Assembly: GCA_964013535.1 (NCBI GenBank)
Contig: CAXGWS010000003.1
Span: forward strand, 36,719-100,718
Length of the DNA: 64,000 nt
Direction: 5' to 3'
From: an uncultured Candidatus Poseidoniales archaeon
GTDB lineage: Archaea > Thermoplasmatota > Poseidoniia > Poseidoniales > Poseidoniaceae
Shown here one piece after another: positions 40,495 to 49,760 of the stretch (position 1 is the first letter of the stretch; each line of letters starts with the position of its first letter). The position numbers and the translations under genes are program-made. The notes under the pieces are model-generated. The model saw only the letters and a list, made by a program, of their open reading frames with translations. It did not search any database and was not told the DNA's origin.

Positions 40495-41381
40495 AAATCA
40501 GGCAAATCGGTTTCTTCGGCTTCACCACTTGACCAGTCATAAATTCCGATACCAGTTTTTTTACCCAAGCGATTTTCAGCGACCAATTTCTCAAGTAGTG
40601 GATGTGGTTTATATGAATCATCATTGAATGAGTCTTGCAAATTATTCAAGATGTCTCTTCTAACGTCAAGTCCAACTAAATCCGTTAGGGCAAGTGGCCC
40701 CATTGGATGTTTGTAACCAAGTACCATCGCAGTGTCGATATCCTTTGCGCTAGCCACTCCATCAGCCAACATTCGAATTGCTTCATTGCCTAGAACAACA
40801 CCCAATCTCGAAGTTGCAAATCCAGGAACATCATTGACCAAGATGGTGGTTTTATTCATCGCTGAACCGGCAGCTCTGGCTAATTCAATAGTTGCTGAAC
40901 TGGTTCCTTCATGCTTTACTAGTTCTAGTAATTTCATAATTGGGACTGGATTAAAGAAATGCATACCGATTAAACGCTGAGGATTTGATACCGCGCTGGC
41001 TATTTTCCTTATCGACAGGCTTGAGGTATTGGTGGCAAAAACGGTAGTATCAGCGCAGTGCGGGGCTATCTCTTGGAATATTTGTTGTTTCAGTTCAAGA
41101 ATTTCAGGTACTGCTTCGATTACTAAATCTGAATCCTTTACTGCACTTGGTAGGTCTGCATTTGGTGATAAGTTTGCTGACCATTCCTGTTTTTGCTCGA
41201 TAGTGGTTTTTCCTCTCGCAATACCCTTGTCCCAAAATGCTTCAATTCTTTGCATACCTCGTTCAAGACCATCAGGATATGCGTCATAAAGCGTGGTTTT
41301 CCATCCCGCTTGAGCACAGACTTGAGCGATTCCCGCCCCCATTGTTCCGGCTCCAATCACTGTGACTTTGCTAATCCCCAT
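40491..41381 (-). CDS. 3-hydroxyacyl-CoA dehydrogenase (PaaH-like)
   Basis: GAGTMGAGIA, EAVPE, NTSSL, GMHFFNP and PMGPL.LTD.VGLD. Confidence 0.93.
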   Translation of the reverse strand: MGISKVTVIGAGTMGAGIAQVCAQAGWKTTLYDAYPDGLERGMQRIEAFWDKGIARGKTTIEQKQEWSANLSPNADLPSAVKDSDLVIEAVPEILELKQQIFQEIAPHCADTTVFATNTSSLSIRKIASAVSNPQRLIGMHFFNPVPIMKLLELVKHEGTSSATIELARAAGSAMNKTTILVNDVPGFATSRLGVVLGNEAIRMLADGVASAKDIDTAMVLGYKHPMGPLALTDLVGLDVRRDILNNLQDSFNDDSYKPHPLLEKLVAENRLGKKTGIGIYDWSSGEAEETDLPDF

Positions 41382-41382
41382 G

Positions 41383-42327
41383 TTACATCCCAGCAGGTGA
41401 TGATTCATGATGCTTGCTTGCCAAAGAATTCTTCTTTTGCGCCACAATCACTCCGCCGGTAATCAGAATAAATGCGGCAATCAGCGACAATCCTAAACTT
41501 TCCTGCAGTAGCAAATAGCCCCCGATGATTCCAAACGGCGGCACTAAGTAGACATACAAGGCGCTCATTGAAGCGCCAATTTTTACAATTCCATCGGCAA
41601 ACCAAACATAAGCAATAACCGTGGAAAATAGGGCGAGAAATACCAAACCTATCCAACCATCAGTACTTGGCATTGATAATCCCTTAACGGTAGCTTCAAC
41701 TGCAAATATAGGTGTCAGTATAATTAAACCAGCAACTGAAGACCAAACCGTTAATTCGAGTGGATTTAGTGGTTTTTCTGAGGCTTCTGCGGGAGACGTC
41801 ATTGCTTTTTTCATTAGTATTGTATTACAAGCCCATGATAGTGCAGCGCCAGCAATTAACAAGTTCCCAAGGATACGATCTGCGAGTGGGATGTCGACAT
41901 TAGGGGAGTAGTAGAACAATATCGCCACGCCGGCAAACCCCATCATCAAACCAACAACGAGGTTCAGATGTAATTTCTCACTTAGAAAAATAACTGCAAG
42001 AATGGCGGTAAATAATGGGTTGAAGGTAATCATTAGCGAGGCATCGCCTGCAGCGGTAAATTGCATGCCAAACATAAAAAACGCTTGATACACACATGTC
42101 GAGAAAAATCCAATTAGGAATATACGACCCCATTCCGCTCGATTAGGAAACATCCACTGGCCGGAAATTCGCAAAAAGAGTAGGAAACTGAGTGTGGCAA
42201 TCACGTATCTAATCCATGATGCGGTGAATGGTAGAATGTCATTTGCTACCACTCTGCCGGCTGGCCAACCCAAGCCCCATATTACTGCAACTAAGAATAA
42301 TTTGATGTGAACAAATACATTGCTCAT
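41383..42327 (-). CDS. DMT/EamA family transporter
   Basis: 10 TM helices in two EamA repeats (IWG, R.., P.FT.ILA..FLSEK). Confidence 0.9.
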   Translation of the reverse strand: MSNVFVHIKLFLVAVIWGLGWPAGRVVANDILPFTASWIRYVIATLSFLLFLRISGQWMFPNRAEWGRIFLIGFFSTCVYQAFFMFGMQFTAAGDASLMITFNPLFTAILAVIFLSEKLHLNLVVGLMMGFAGVAILFYYSPNVDIPLADRILGNLLIAGAALSWACNTILMKKAMTSPAEASEKPLNPLELTVWSSVAGLIILTPIFAVEATVKGLSMPSTDGWIGLVFLALFSTVIAYVWFADGIVKIGASMSALYVYLVPPFGIIGGYLLLQESLGLSLIAAFILITGGVIVAQKKNSLASKHHESSPAGM

Positions 42328-42869
42328 TCAAATCGCTCCAAACCAAGTTGGAGCATTCTTGACCTTGGCAGGCCTATTTCGGGAAGGCCAGTAGCAGGAG
42401 CGTACATCTTTAGTCCTTCAATTCGTGATACGTACAGACCATAGCTTGCCATGTCATCTAGTTTGTAAGGAGTTTCAAGTCCCATTTCTGTTAGAGCATC
42501 ACATGCTTTTTGGCTGTATATTGGGTATAAATTAGTCGAGAAGTGCATCCATTCTGAGATTCTTTGGGTGTCAATTCCATCAATGGTCAAAAGGTGTTGA
42601 AGTAGTGCGACATCAGGATAAGATACTGTTCTTATGATCATCTCAATTTCGTTGGTAACTTCTTCTGGAAACGCAAAAGGTTGTCTTTGCGACCAACTTT
42701 CGGCAATTTTGATGTGGTCAATTGAGGCTTTGTTTTGGATGGTAAATATCGCGTTTGAATATTCTTCGTCATCAACACTATCTTCTACAAGACCAGGAAG
42801 AACAGAGTAGAATGATTCGCACTTGTCTACATCTACGCCGTAAAGGGAAACAGGTATCATTTGACTCAC
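42324..42869 (-). CDS. Hypothetical protein co-transcribed with the boxB-like gene
   Basis: 181-aa ORF starting 5 nt after the boxB-like stop, with an AGGTGA SD. Confidence 0.7.
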   Translation of the reverse strand: MSQMIPVSLYGVDVDKCESFYSVLPGLVEDSVDDEEYSNAIFTIQNKASIDHIKIAESWSQRQPFAFPEEVTNEIEMIIRTVSYPDVALLQHLLTIDGIDTQRISEWMHFSTNLYPIYSQKACDALTEMGLETPYKLDDMASYGLYVSRIEGLKMYAPATGLPEIGLPRSRMLQLGLERFE

Positions 42870-42874
42870 CTTAT

Positions 42875-44035
42875 TTATGCAGAGACACCGATGCCGGATT
42901 CTATTTGTCTTGTTGACATAGGCTTGTTAGCAATCCATTCCTGCTTGAACAGTTCCTTTAGATCAATTTCGTCTTGGTCGGTTGGGAGATTTGCTTGTAA
43001 GTAAGCATTCCAGTCATCATCGCTTCCCTCGAAAGGAGTTCCATCGACGTTGAATCGTTGTCCCTTTGCAGTACCAATGCTTCTGTTGAAGTTCTCATGA
43101 GGAACGTACAATTTTGGCGCATCGTCAGACAAGTAGCCACATAGTTTTCTTACTTCACCGACAATCTCTTGGTGATAGTGACCCCTTGATTCTTCGTTTA
43201 GGGTTGCTTTGTCGACTTCTACGCCTGCCTCTAGTTTCTTACGCTCGTCCCAGCGTCCTTTAACTCCCCAGACATATGCCCAGTGGGCAGATGATGAAGC
43301 ATCGACACCAAATAGGTCGTGAGCAGTAGAGACCCACTTGTTGATGTATCTCTGTAGTAAATCAAGTGGAATAACACCAGCTTTGATGATTCTTCTTAGA
43401 CCATTGAAACCAGTACCCAAGTGGAATGCTTCTTCTTTGAGCATTGGTCCCATAGATGCTGCAAGGGGCTTGAAAGCAGAAGTTGAAAGCATTCCAAGTT
43501 GGAATTTTCCGTCCCTGTCAACGAACATAGTGTAGCAGAAGAAATCCAACCAGTGCGGCATAGGAATGTTGAACGCTCCAAGTAGTCTGTCTCCATCTTG
43601 AGCATTTCTCTCGAGTAGTTTTTGTGCCTCTCTGCGTCCTTGTTGGCCAAAGTAGGTCATCAACAGGTAAGCCATTTGCCAACCGTGGCGTTGTTCTTCG
43701 GCCATGATTCTAGCAGCGGAGTATCGATCGAAGTCTGTTGGTGCAGATGCCAGTAGATGTCTTTGTTGTTCTACAGAAGCGAATTCAGTGTCACCCTGAA
43801 CGGTAATCATGGTGATTAGAGCATCACGCATGCTCTGGTGGGGAACTTGTAGGGAGCGTTCCCACTTTGGCCTACCTTGATAGTCGCCAAATTCGATAAT
43901 GTCGCCAGCTCTTTCCCAGTCAAATAATACGGATAGCTCGAAGTCCCCTAACCACGATGGGTCGAAACCCACCCTTTTTTGCCAGTCTTCAAAGTTTGAA
44001 ATCCACTCATCCCAAGTATTCGGTAAATTGTCCAT
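42875..44035 (-). CDS. boxB: BoxB-like diiron aryl-CoA ring epoxidase
   Basis: QGDTEFASVEQQRHL, EEQRH, RLLGAFN, DRDGKFQL and EEAFH match the BoxB diiron ligand pattern (E, ExxH, D, ExxH). Confidence 0.85.
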   Translation of the reverse strand: MDNLPNTWDEWISNFEDWQKRVGFDPSWLGDFELSVLFDWERAGDIIEFGDYQGRPKWERSLQVPHQSMRDALITMITVQGDTEFASVEQQRHLLASAPTDFDRYSAARIMAEEQRHGWQMAYLLMTYFGQQGRREAQKLLERNAQDGDRLLGAFNIPMPHWLDFFCYTMFVDRDGKFQLGMLSTSAFKPLAASMGPMLKEEAFHLGTGFNGLRRIIKAGVIPLDLLQRYINKWVSTAHDLFGVDASSSAHWAYVWGVKGRWDERKKLEAGVEVDKATLNEESRGHYHQEIVGEVRKLCGYLSDDAPKLYVPHENFNRSIGTAKGQRFNVDGTPFEGSDDDWNAYLQANLPTDQDEIDLKELFKQEWIANKPMSTRQIESGIGVSA

Positions 44036-44071
44036 GTTAATGCGAAGAATGGGTCATCCTTATTGTCTTTG

Positions 44072-44083
44072 CGAACATGTTCG
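44072..44083. promoter_or_regulatory. Perfect 12-bp palindrome upstream of the boxB-like promoter
   Basis: CGAACATGTTCG, 37-48 nt upstream of the ATG and just upstream of a TATA-like AATAAG on the minus strand. Confidence 0.5.
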
Positions 44084-44085
44084 TA

Positions 44086-44700
44086 TTAGCCGATTATTTC
44101 ATTGTAATATCTGTCGATAATTTTGCATTCAATGGCGTGTAGCATAACTGACAACGTTGACTTAGCAGTGCCCAACTCATCTGACAAGTCGGTTAGGGTT
44201 ATTTCTCTTGGAGCAGACCAGTAGCCTCTTCGCAGGGCAAGTTCGAATACCTCGCGTTGTCTCCGTGTAAGCAATTTTTCTTCACTAGATCGAGTAGATT
44301 TTAGACGCATCTGGATTTTTTCTGCTTGAATTTCACGGACCAATTGTTTGGCTTGAGATGAAGAGCATTGAATGGTCCAATCAGCCCATCCATCGATTAC
44401 ATCAAATGGGGTCCTTGGAACGACACCTACCGTTCTCAATGGTTTGATGAAACCTCCTCCACCGCTGGCAATAGTTACGCTTGCTTTACCCTCGCCGAGT
44501 GGGTTTACTGTCTCGATACCTCGCAGATTTTCTAAATCTGCGATTAACTCGGATTCTGCTGCTATCTGTGCAGTACCTCTTCCTTTGCTTAATGGCATGG
44601 TTTCGATTATTTGTAAAACTGCATTTGGATAATTCCGAGTTGCTTCGCCTGCCCAGTGTCCGTCTGGTAAGCGCACTTCTATTCTTACTATCTGGGACAT
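44086..44700 (-). CDS. HTH-10 (bacterio-opsin activator-type) transcriptional regulator
   Basis: C-terminal LTRRQREVFELALRRGYWSAPREITLTDLSDELGTAKSTLS. Confidence 0.9.
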   Translation of the reverse strand: MSQIVRIEVRLPDGHWAGEATRNYPNAVLQIIETMPLSKGRGTAQIAAESELIADLENLRGIETVNPLGEGKASVTIASGGGGFIKPLRTVGVVPRTPFDVIDGWADWTIQCSSSQAKQLVREIQAEKIQMRLKSTRSSEEKLLTRRQREVFELALRRGYWSAPREITLTDLSDELGTAKSTLSVMLHAIECKIIDRYYNEIIG

Positions 44701-44704
44701 GCAA

Positions 44705-45661
44705 TCACAAACTATGGATTCTATCGTGTCGTGATAGTTGATTTGTTTCTACATCAATCATCTCTGCAAAAGTAGCTATGCTTCCATCATCATTTATCTC
44801 CACACCCGGAAGATATCCGTCACAAACACCCGAAGCAACGAATATTGCATCCTCTGAGCGGCACAAATCTTTAGCATCCCATAATCTTGTCAAGTCATCA
44901 TCTATCATGTTCTCTGCACGGGCTTCCTCTTCATCGGAACGGAATACTAACCTACCCTCAAACACGCCACCAATACCTCGAATAGCAGTCGCAGTAATCA
45001 CGCCCTCTGGAGCAGCACCGATTCCCAACAACATGTCGTGTTCACCCTCGGGTCGAGCCGCCCAAAGAGCCGCTGAAATATCGCCATCACCGAGTAAATG
45101 GAGTTGTGCTCCTAACTGCTTAATTTCCTTGAATAGACCATGGTGTCGCGGTCTATCGAGTGCGATTATTCGAACTTCCTCAATCGATTTATCAAGAACG
45201 GATGCAACTTGCTCTATGTTGTAAGCAACACCAGCATCGAGACTTACATGCCCTTCCATTTCCGGCCCGGCTGCAATTTTGTCCATGTAACAGTCGGGAG
45301 CGTGTAGCAGGGTTCCTCTGGGTGCAGCAGCGAGGACAGCAATTGAATTAGGAAGATTATCAGCACAATTGTTAGTACATTCGAGCGGATCTACTGCAAT
45401 GTCGATTCTTGCAACATCTGGCCTGCCCACTGCCGAGCCCAATTTTTCACCGATGTACAGCATCGGGGCCTCATCCCGTTCGCCTTCACCAATCGCGACA
45501 CGTCCGTCAAATGGCACATTGTCAAAAGTGCGTCTCATCGCCTCGACTGCTGCTGCGTCAGCCGCCATTTTATCGCCTTTACCACGCCACTTTGCACTTG
45601 CTATAGCAGCCATGTCAACAGCTTCCAAGAAGTGATTTGCTAGGTTGGAGACTGTTCCCAT
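44705..45661 (-). CDS. glpX: Fructose-1,6-bisphosphatase class II
   Basis: AD.AAV.AMR, IGEGERDEAPMLYIGE, DIAVDPLE, DRPRH, DGD and GAAPEGV. Confidence 0.93.
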   Translation of the reverse strand: MGTVSNLANHFLEAVDMAAIASAKWRGKGDKMAADAAAVEAMRRTFDNVPFDGRVAIGEGERDEAPMLYIGEKLGSAVGRPDVARIDIAVDPLECTNNCADNLPNSIAVLAAAPRGTLLHAPDCYMDKIAAGPEMEGHVSLDAGVAYNIEQVASVLDKSIEEVRIIALDRPRHHGLFKEIKQLGAQLHLLGDGDISAALWAARPEGEHDMLLGIGAAPEGVITATAIRGIGGVFEGRLVFRSDEEEARAENMIDDDLTRLWDAKDLCRSEDAIFVASGVCDGYLPGVEINDDGSIATFAEMIDVETNQLSRHDRIHSL

Positions 45662-45709
45662 ATTGGGGGTTGAGAGATTCCAATCAATGAACAATGCGGT
45701 TTGAGTGGA

Positions 45710-46159
45710 TTACTCGGATTTGAATTTCTCGACTATTTTTACATCGCAAATTTCGCTATGTGGATACTGTCCGTTGCTGTCTTTCTCAAACGATTTAACC
45801 ATGTCAAGCGCGCACAGCAAACCTGCGCAAACACCGGTGATGGCTTCCATCTCTATGCCGGTTTTGTAATGAGCAGTAACACTTACAGTACATCTTACAG
45901 AATCATCTGAAACCTTCCAATCAACTTTACAACCCTCCAATGGAATTGGGTGACAGTGTGGAATAATTCTTGGCGTTTCTTTCACTGCTTGTATGGCTGC
46001 TATTGTAGAAGCCTCGATTACGTTACCTTTTTTGACACTGCCGGAGTTAATCGCCTCGATTGCTTGCTTACTCAATCTGAGCAATCCGCTAGCCACCGCA
46101 CTACGCTTGATAATCTCCTTATGACTGATATCAACGACTCCTTCTATTTCTTTATCCAT
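45710..46159 (-). CDS. moaC: Cyclic pyranopterin monophosphate synthase
   Basis: VDISHK, KKG.V, IPHCHPIP, TGIEMEA and DMVKS. Confidence 0.93.
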   Translation of the reverse strand: MDKEIEGVVDISHKEIIKRSAVASGLLRLSKQAIEAINSGSVKKGNVIEASTIAAIQAVKETPRIIPHCHPIPLEGCKVDWKVSDDSVRCTVSVTAHYKTGIEMEAITGVCAGLLCALDMVKSFEKDSNGQYPHSEICDVKIVEKFKSE

Positions 46160-46163
46160 ATTA

Positions 46164-46589
46164 TCAACCCAATCCTGCTTTCCATTGCTCTCCGTTCTCT
46201 GAAACCTCTTTTTTCCAAATTGGAGCCTGAACCTTCAATTCATCAATCAGCCATTCACAGGCTGCGAATGCTTCCTTGCGGTGCGGACTTCCCACATGGA
46301 TAGAAACAATATTTTCTCCAGCATTTACTTTTCCGGTACGATGAGACATAGCAATTTTCTTCACGCCAAATTTGTCGATTGCTTCACTCGCTAAACTGTG
46401 CAAGACACCACCTAGTTTGTCTTGCCAGGCATCGAATTCTAATCGGTGTATTTTGACGCCATCGTCGTACCCTCTAGTGATTCCCAGAAACGATACAACA
46501 GCGCCACAGCCTTGCAAATCAAGTGCGTCAAGCAACGACTGATGGTCCAAACTATCCGGAGATTCTGTTATCACAATGTCTCCGGCCAT
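46164..46589 (-). CDS. moaE: Molybdopterin synthase catalytic subunit
   Basis: GAVVSF.G..R, HRTG, SPHRKEAF and LK...PIWKKE. Confidence 0.93.
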   Translation of the reverse strand: MAGDIVITESPDSLDHQSLLDALDLQGCGAVVSFLGITRGYDDGVKIHRLEFDAWQDKLGGVLHSLASEAIDKFGVKKIAMSHRTGKVNAGENIVSIHVGSPHRKEAFAACEWLIDELKVQAPIWKKEVSENGEQWKAGLG

Positions 46590-46641
46590 GGCTATGGGAT
46601 AGAAACGCATAATTCAAACCTCACGCCTCGTTGGAGTGAAC

Positions 46642-47895
46642 ATGGCAGGGGTGAGCCCAATCAATATCATGGGCGCTGGCTTGTCAGGTTTGGCGGCAGC
46701 AACTATTCTGGCAAAAGCAGGTAGAGAGGTACACGTCCACGATATAAGAGAAGAGTCAGGTGCTCGATTCGACGGTGATTTTCAAGCCTTGGAAAACTGG
46801 AGCATGGATACCGATTTCTTTGACCAATTGAGCGATTGGGGTTTCGATATCAGTGAGTTCAAAGCAACCGAATTCAAAGTAGTCGATTTAATTCATCCAG
46901 ACGATACAATTACCCAAGCTAAAAGCCCTAAAGTCGCTTATCGCATAGTAGAGCGAGGGACTTCGAGTCACACCATAGACCAAGGCATAAAGCGGCAAGC
47001 TCTAGCCGCTGGGGCTAAAATTCATTACAAATCAAAGGTAAAGCAAGAAGACTGCCAAATTATCGCTTGTGGCCCCAAGGGCACTTCAGCAGTCGCATAC
47101 GGTGAAATATTCCATACAGACCACCCGAATCACATCGCTTTTCAACTGAACGATAAGTTGGCGCCCGGGGCTTACTCTTACCTGATAATTATCGACGGAG
47201 TTGGTCTAATCTGTACCTGTTTGTGGCGGAAGCAAAAGAAGAGTGATAGGTTTCTCAACGAAACTATTGCTTGGTATGACAAACATTACCCGACTTTGAA
47301 CCGCCGCCCTATCAAGCGTGTAGGTGGTAAAGGTGATTTTACCATCAACAAGAACTACCTGCAAGACGGTAGATATTATGTCGGAGAATCGGGAGGTTTA
47401 CAGGATTTCATGTGGGGTTTTGGCATGAGAATGGCAGTATGGTCTGGCGTTCTTGCAGCGAAGGATATCCTCGGAGAATTGGATTATGAAACCGAGGTTA
47501 GGAAACAATTACTGCCGTATGTCAAGACCAGTGTGGCAAACCGTTGGTTGATGAATCGAGTTGGCGATAGATCATTCAAATTAATGTGCAAACGCTGGAT
47601 GAAAGACCAAAACAAGCGTGGCGATGGATTGGTATGGATTGGCAAATTGTTTCGACCGACACTGCTGAAAAGTATTCTATATCGAATAGTCAATCCGTTT
47701 ATGTTGCAAAAAGACCCCAAATCAATGGGTCGCGGAGTTCGAAGAATGCCGTTTAGAAAGGCATTGAAAAGAGACGATTGGGAACCATCTAGCGAAGCAA
47801 TGGCGGTAAAAGAGCAGTGGAATCTCGTAAGAAAGGGTGGTGGCAAGACATCATTCGCTGAGGATTCCGACCAGATTTCCATCCCTAAAAGTTGA
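46642..47895 (+). CDS. FAD-dependent oxidoreductase (geranylgeranyl reductase-like)
   Basis: GAGLSGL Rossmann motif, APGAYSY and VGESGGLQD..WGFGM. Confidence 0.75.
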   Translation: MAGVSPINIMGAGLSGLAAATILAKAGREVHVHDIREESGARFDGDFQALENWSMDTDFFDQLSDWGFDISEFKATEFKVVDLIHPDDTITQAKSPKVAYRIVERGTSSHTIDQGIKRQALAAGAKIHYKSKVKQEDCQIIACGPKGTSAVAYGEIFHTDHPNHIAFQLNDKLAPGAYSYLIIIDGVGLICTCLWRKQKKSDRFLNETIAWYDKHYPTLNRRPIKRVGGKGDFTINKNYLQDGRYYVGESGGLQDFMWGFGMRMAVWSGVLAAKDILGELDYETEVRKQLLPYVKTSVANRWLMNRVGDRSFKLMCKRWMKDQNKRGDGLVWIGKLFRPTLLKSILYRIVNPFMLQKDPKSMGRGVRRMPFRKALKRDDWEPSSEAMAVKEQWNLVRKGGGKTSFAEDSDQISIPKS

Positions 47896-47935
47896 ATGCG
47901 ATTTATTCATAATGCTAGTCCACTTCGGTTGACAC

Positions 47936-48802
47936 ATGAGCGACCTATATGGATTAAAACTCGAGCCTATGCCAAATAAACTGGTAAACTACGGAGTCAC
48001 TGAAAATGGAATTGCGGTGATAGAACTCACATCTAATTCAGCTGGAAAACCGTTAGACGGAACCAATGACCGTTCCCCTAATACCTATACTCACGAAATG
48101 ATGCGTGACATCGACGAGGCGATAGTCAAAGCCAGATTCAACGATGATGTAACCTGTATAGTACTAACCGGGAACGGAGCGTCCTTCTTTTCAGCCGGGG
48201 CTTCAATCCAAATGCTAAATTCTGTTTCTCCAGGTTTCAAGTACAATTTCTGTCTGCACGCCAATGAAACACTTTCGCGACTGGAACAAACTGCAAAGTT
48301 GGTCGTCTGTGCAATCAATGGTCACGCAGTGGGTGGCGGTCTTGAAATCGCAATGGCCGCTGATATCAGAATTGCTCGTAAGAATTCTGGCAAAGTTGGT
48401 CTGCCTGAAATCAATCTTGGTGTTTTGGCTGGAACCGGAGGTACCGCGAGACTGACAAGATTGATTGGCAAAGCAAAAGCGTTGGAAATGATGGTGACTG
48501 GTGAATTGATGTCTTTTGAAGATGCCCATGCATGCAATTTAATTAATCACATATGGGAAGGTTCTCCAGAAGACTTCCGCAGGGATATTCTTGATTGGTG
48601 TTCACAATTCACTCTGCCAAACAAGGCAGTAAAGGCTGTTGGCAATATCAAGCGTTCTTGTCAAACAGGTCCAGAGATTCCGTTTGAATACCACTTGGCA
48701 CTTGAACGTGAACTACAAGCCGCTCTGTTCAATAGTACTGATGCCAAAGAAGGTATTGCTGCATACGTTGAAAAGCGTGTAGCGAATTTCACTGGAAATT
48801 GA
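47936..48802 (+). CDS. Crotonase-family hydrolase, single-domain BoxC-like
   Basis: FSAGASIQML....KYNFCLHANET and LPE..LGVL.GTGG resemble the N-terminal domain of BoxC (recalled as F.SGANI.ML....K.NFC...NET). Confidence 0.75.
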   Translation: MSDLYGLKLEPMPNKLVNYGVTENGIAVIELTSNSAGKPLDGTNDRSPNTYTHEMMRDIDEAIVKARFNDDVTCIVLTGNGASFFSAGASIQMLNSVSPGFKYNFCLHANETLSRLEQTAKLVVCAINGHAVGGGLEIAMAADIRIARKNSGKVGLPEINLGVLAGTGGTARLTRLIGKAKALEMMVTGELMSFEDAHACNLINHIWEGSPEDFRRDILDWCSQFTLPNKAVKAVGNIKRSCQTGPEIPFEYHLALERELQAALFNSTDAKEGIAAYVEKRVANFTGN

Positions 48803-48819
48803 GGCAGAGGTGATTTCAG

Positions 48820-49743
48820 GTGGCGAAATACGATGTCCCAGCAGATGTGCCCGATGAGTTGATTGAGACATTTATTCAAAACATGGATGCCGCCACTGCC
48901 GGAACGGGCAAAATGAATTTATTTGCCTGCGACCAAAAAATCGAACACTTGAATGATGATTTTTACGACGGTGACAACACTATACCGCTATCGTCGAATG
49001 ACCCCAGACATCTGTTCGAGATTGGCAATCGATGTCACGAAGCAGGAACTATAGGAGTACTTGCGGGCCAATTAGGACTAATCTCTCACTATGCACGAGA
49101 TTATCCGGATGTGCCTTATTTAGTGAAATTAAATTCAAAATCACATCTTGTGAAGACCTCTCAAAGAGATCCCGTTTCTCAAGCACTTTGGGACATGGAT
49201 GACGTGATGTCATTGGTGCACAATGGAATCAATGTCGTAGGAATCGGCTACACCATATACATCGGCAGTGAATATGAGCACGAAATGATGTCTGAGGCAG
49301 CACAGTTCATTCGTCAAGCACATGAACTTGGGATGGTCTCTGTTGTTTGGATGTATCCCAGAGGCAAGGCAGTTGCTAATGAGAAAGATCCGCAACTTAT
49401 CTCCGGTGCAGCAGGAGTTGCTGCATGCATTGGTGCAGACTTTGCCAAAGTGAACTACCCGAGTGAATTTCCAGGTATGACAAGGTCTGAATCATTAGCC
49501 ATAGCTTCACAGGCTGCTGGTCGTACAGGAATAATTTGTTCTGGTGGCGGCTCTTTACCTCCAGAAGAATTCTTGCAGAGACTTTGGGAGCAGATGAATA
49601 CAGGAAATTGTCGTGGTGCTGCGACAGGTCGCAATATTCACCAAAAAGATACAGAACGTGCAGTAAAGATGACTGCTGCTTGCCACGCGATTATTTGTGA
49701 AGGTGCGTCGGTAACTGATGCCCTCAAAATTTACAATTCTTGA
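48820..49743 (+). CDS. Class I fructose-bisphosphate aldolase (DhnA family)
   Basis: DQKIEH, LVKLNSK, GYTIY.GS, W.YPRG, AKVNYP (Schiff-base Lys) and GRNIHQ. Confidence 0.88.
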   Translation: MAKYDVPADVPDELIETFIQNMDAATAGTGKMNLFACDQKIEHLNDDFYDGDNTIPLSSNDPRHLFEIGNRCHEAGTIGVLAGQLGLISHYARDYPDVPYLVKLNSKSHLVKTSQRDPVSQALWDMDDVMSLVHNGINVVGIGYTIYIGSEYEHEMMSEAAQFIRQAHELGMVSVVWMYPRGKAVANEKDPQLISGAAGVAACIGADFAKVNYPSEFPGMTRSESLAIASQAAGRTGIICSGGGSLPPEEFLQRLWEQMNTGNCRGAATGRNIHQKDTERAVKMTAACHAIICEGASVTDALKIYNS

Positions 49744-49760
49744 TTTATGAGGTGGAGGAA

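Noticed and set aside
44072..44083. Gram-positive LexA (Cheo) box
   Set aside because: The spacer is 2 nt rather than 4, and the host is archaeal.
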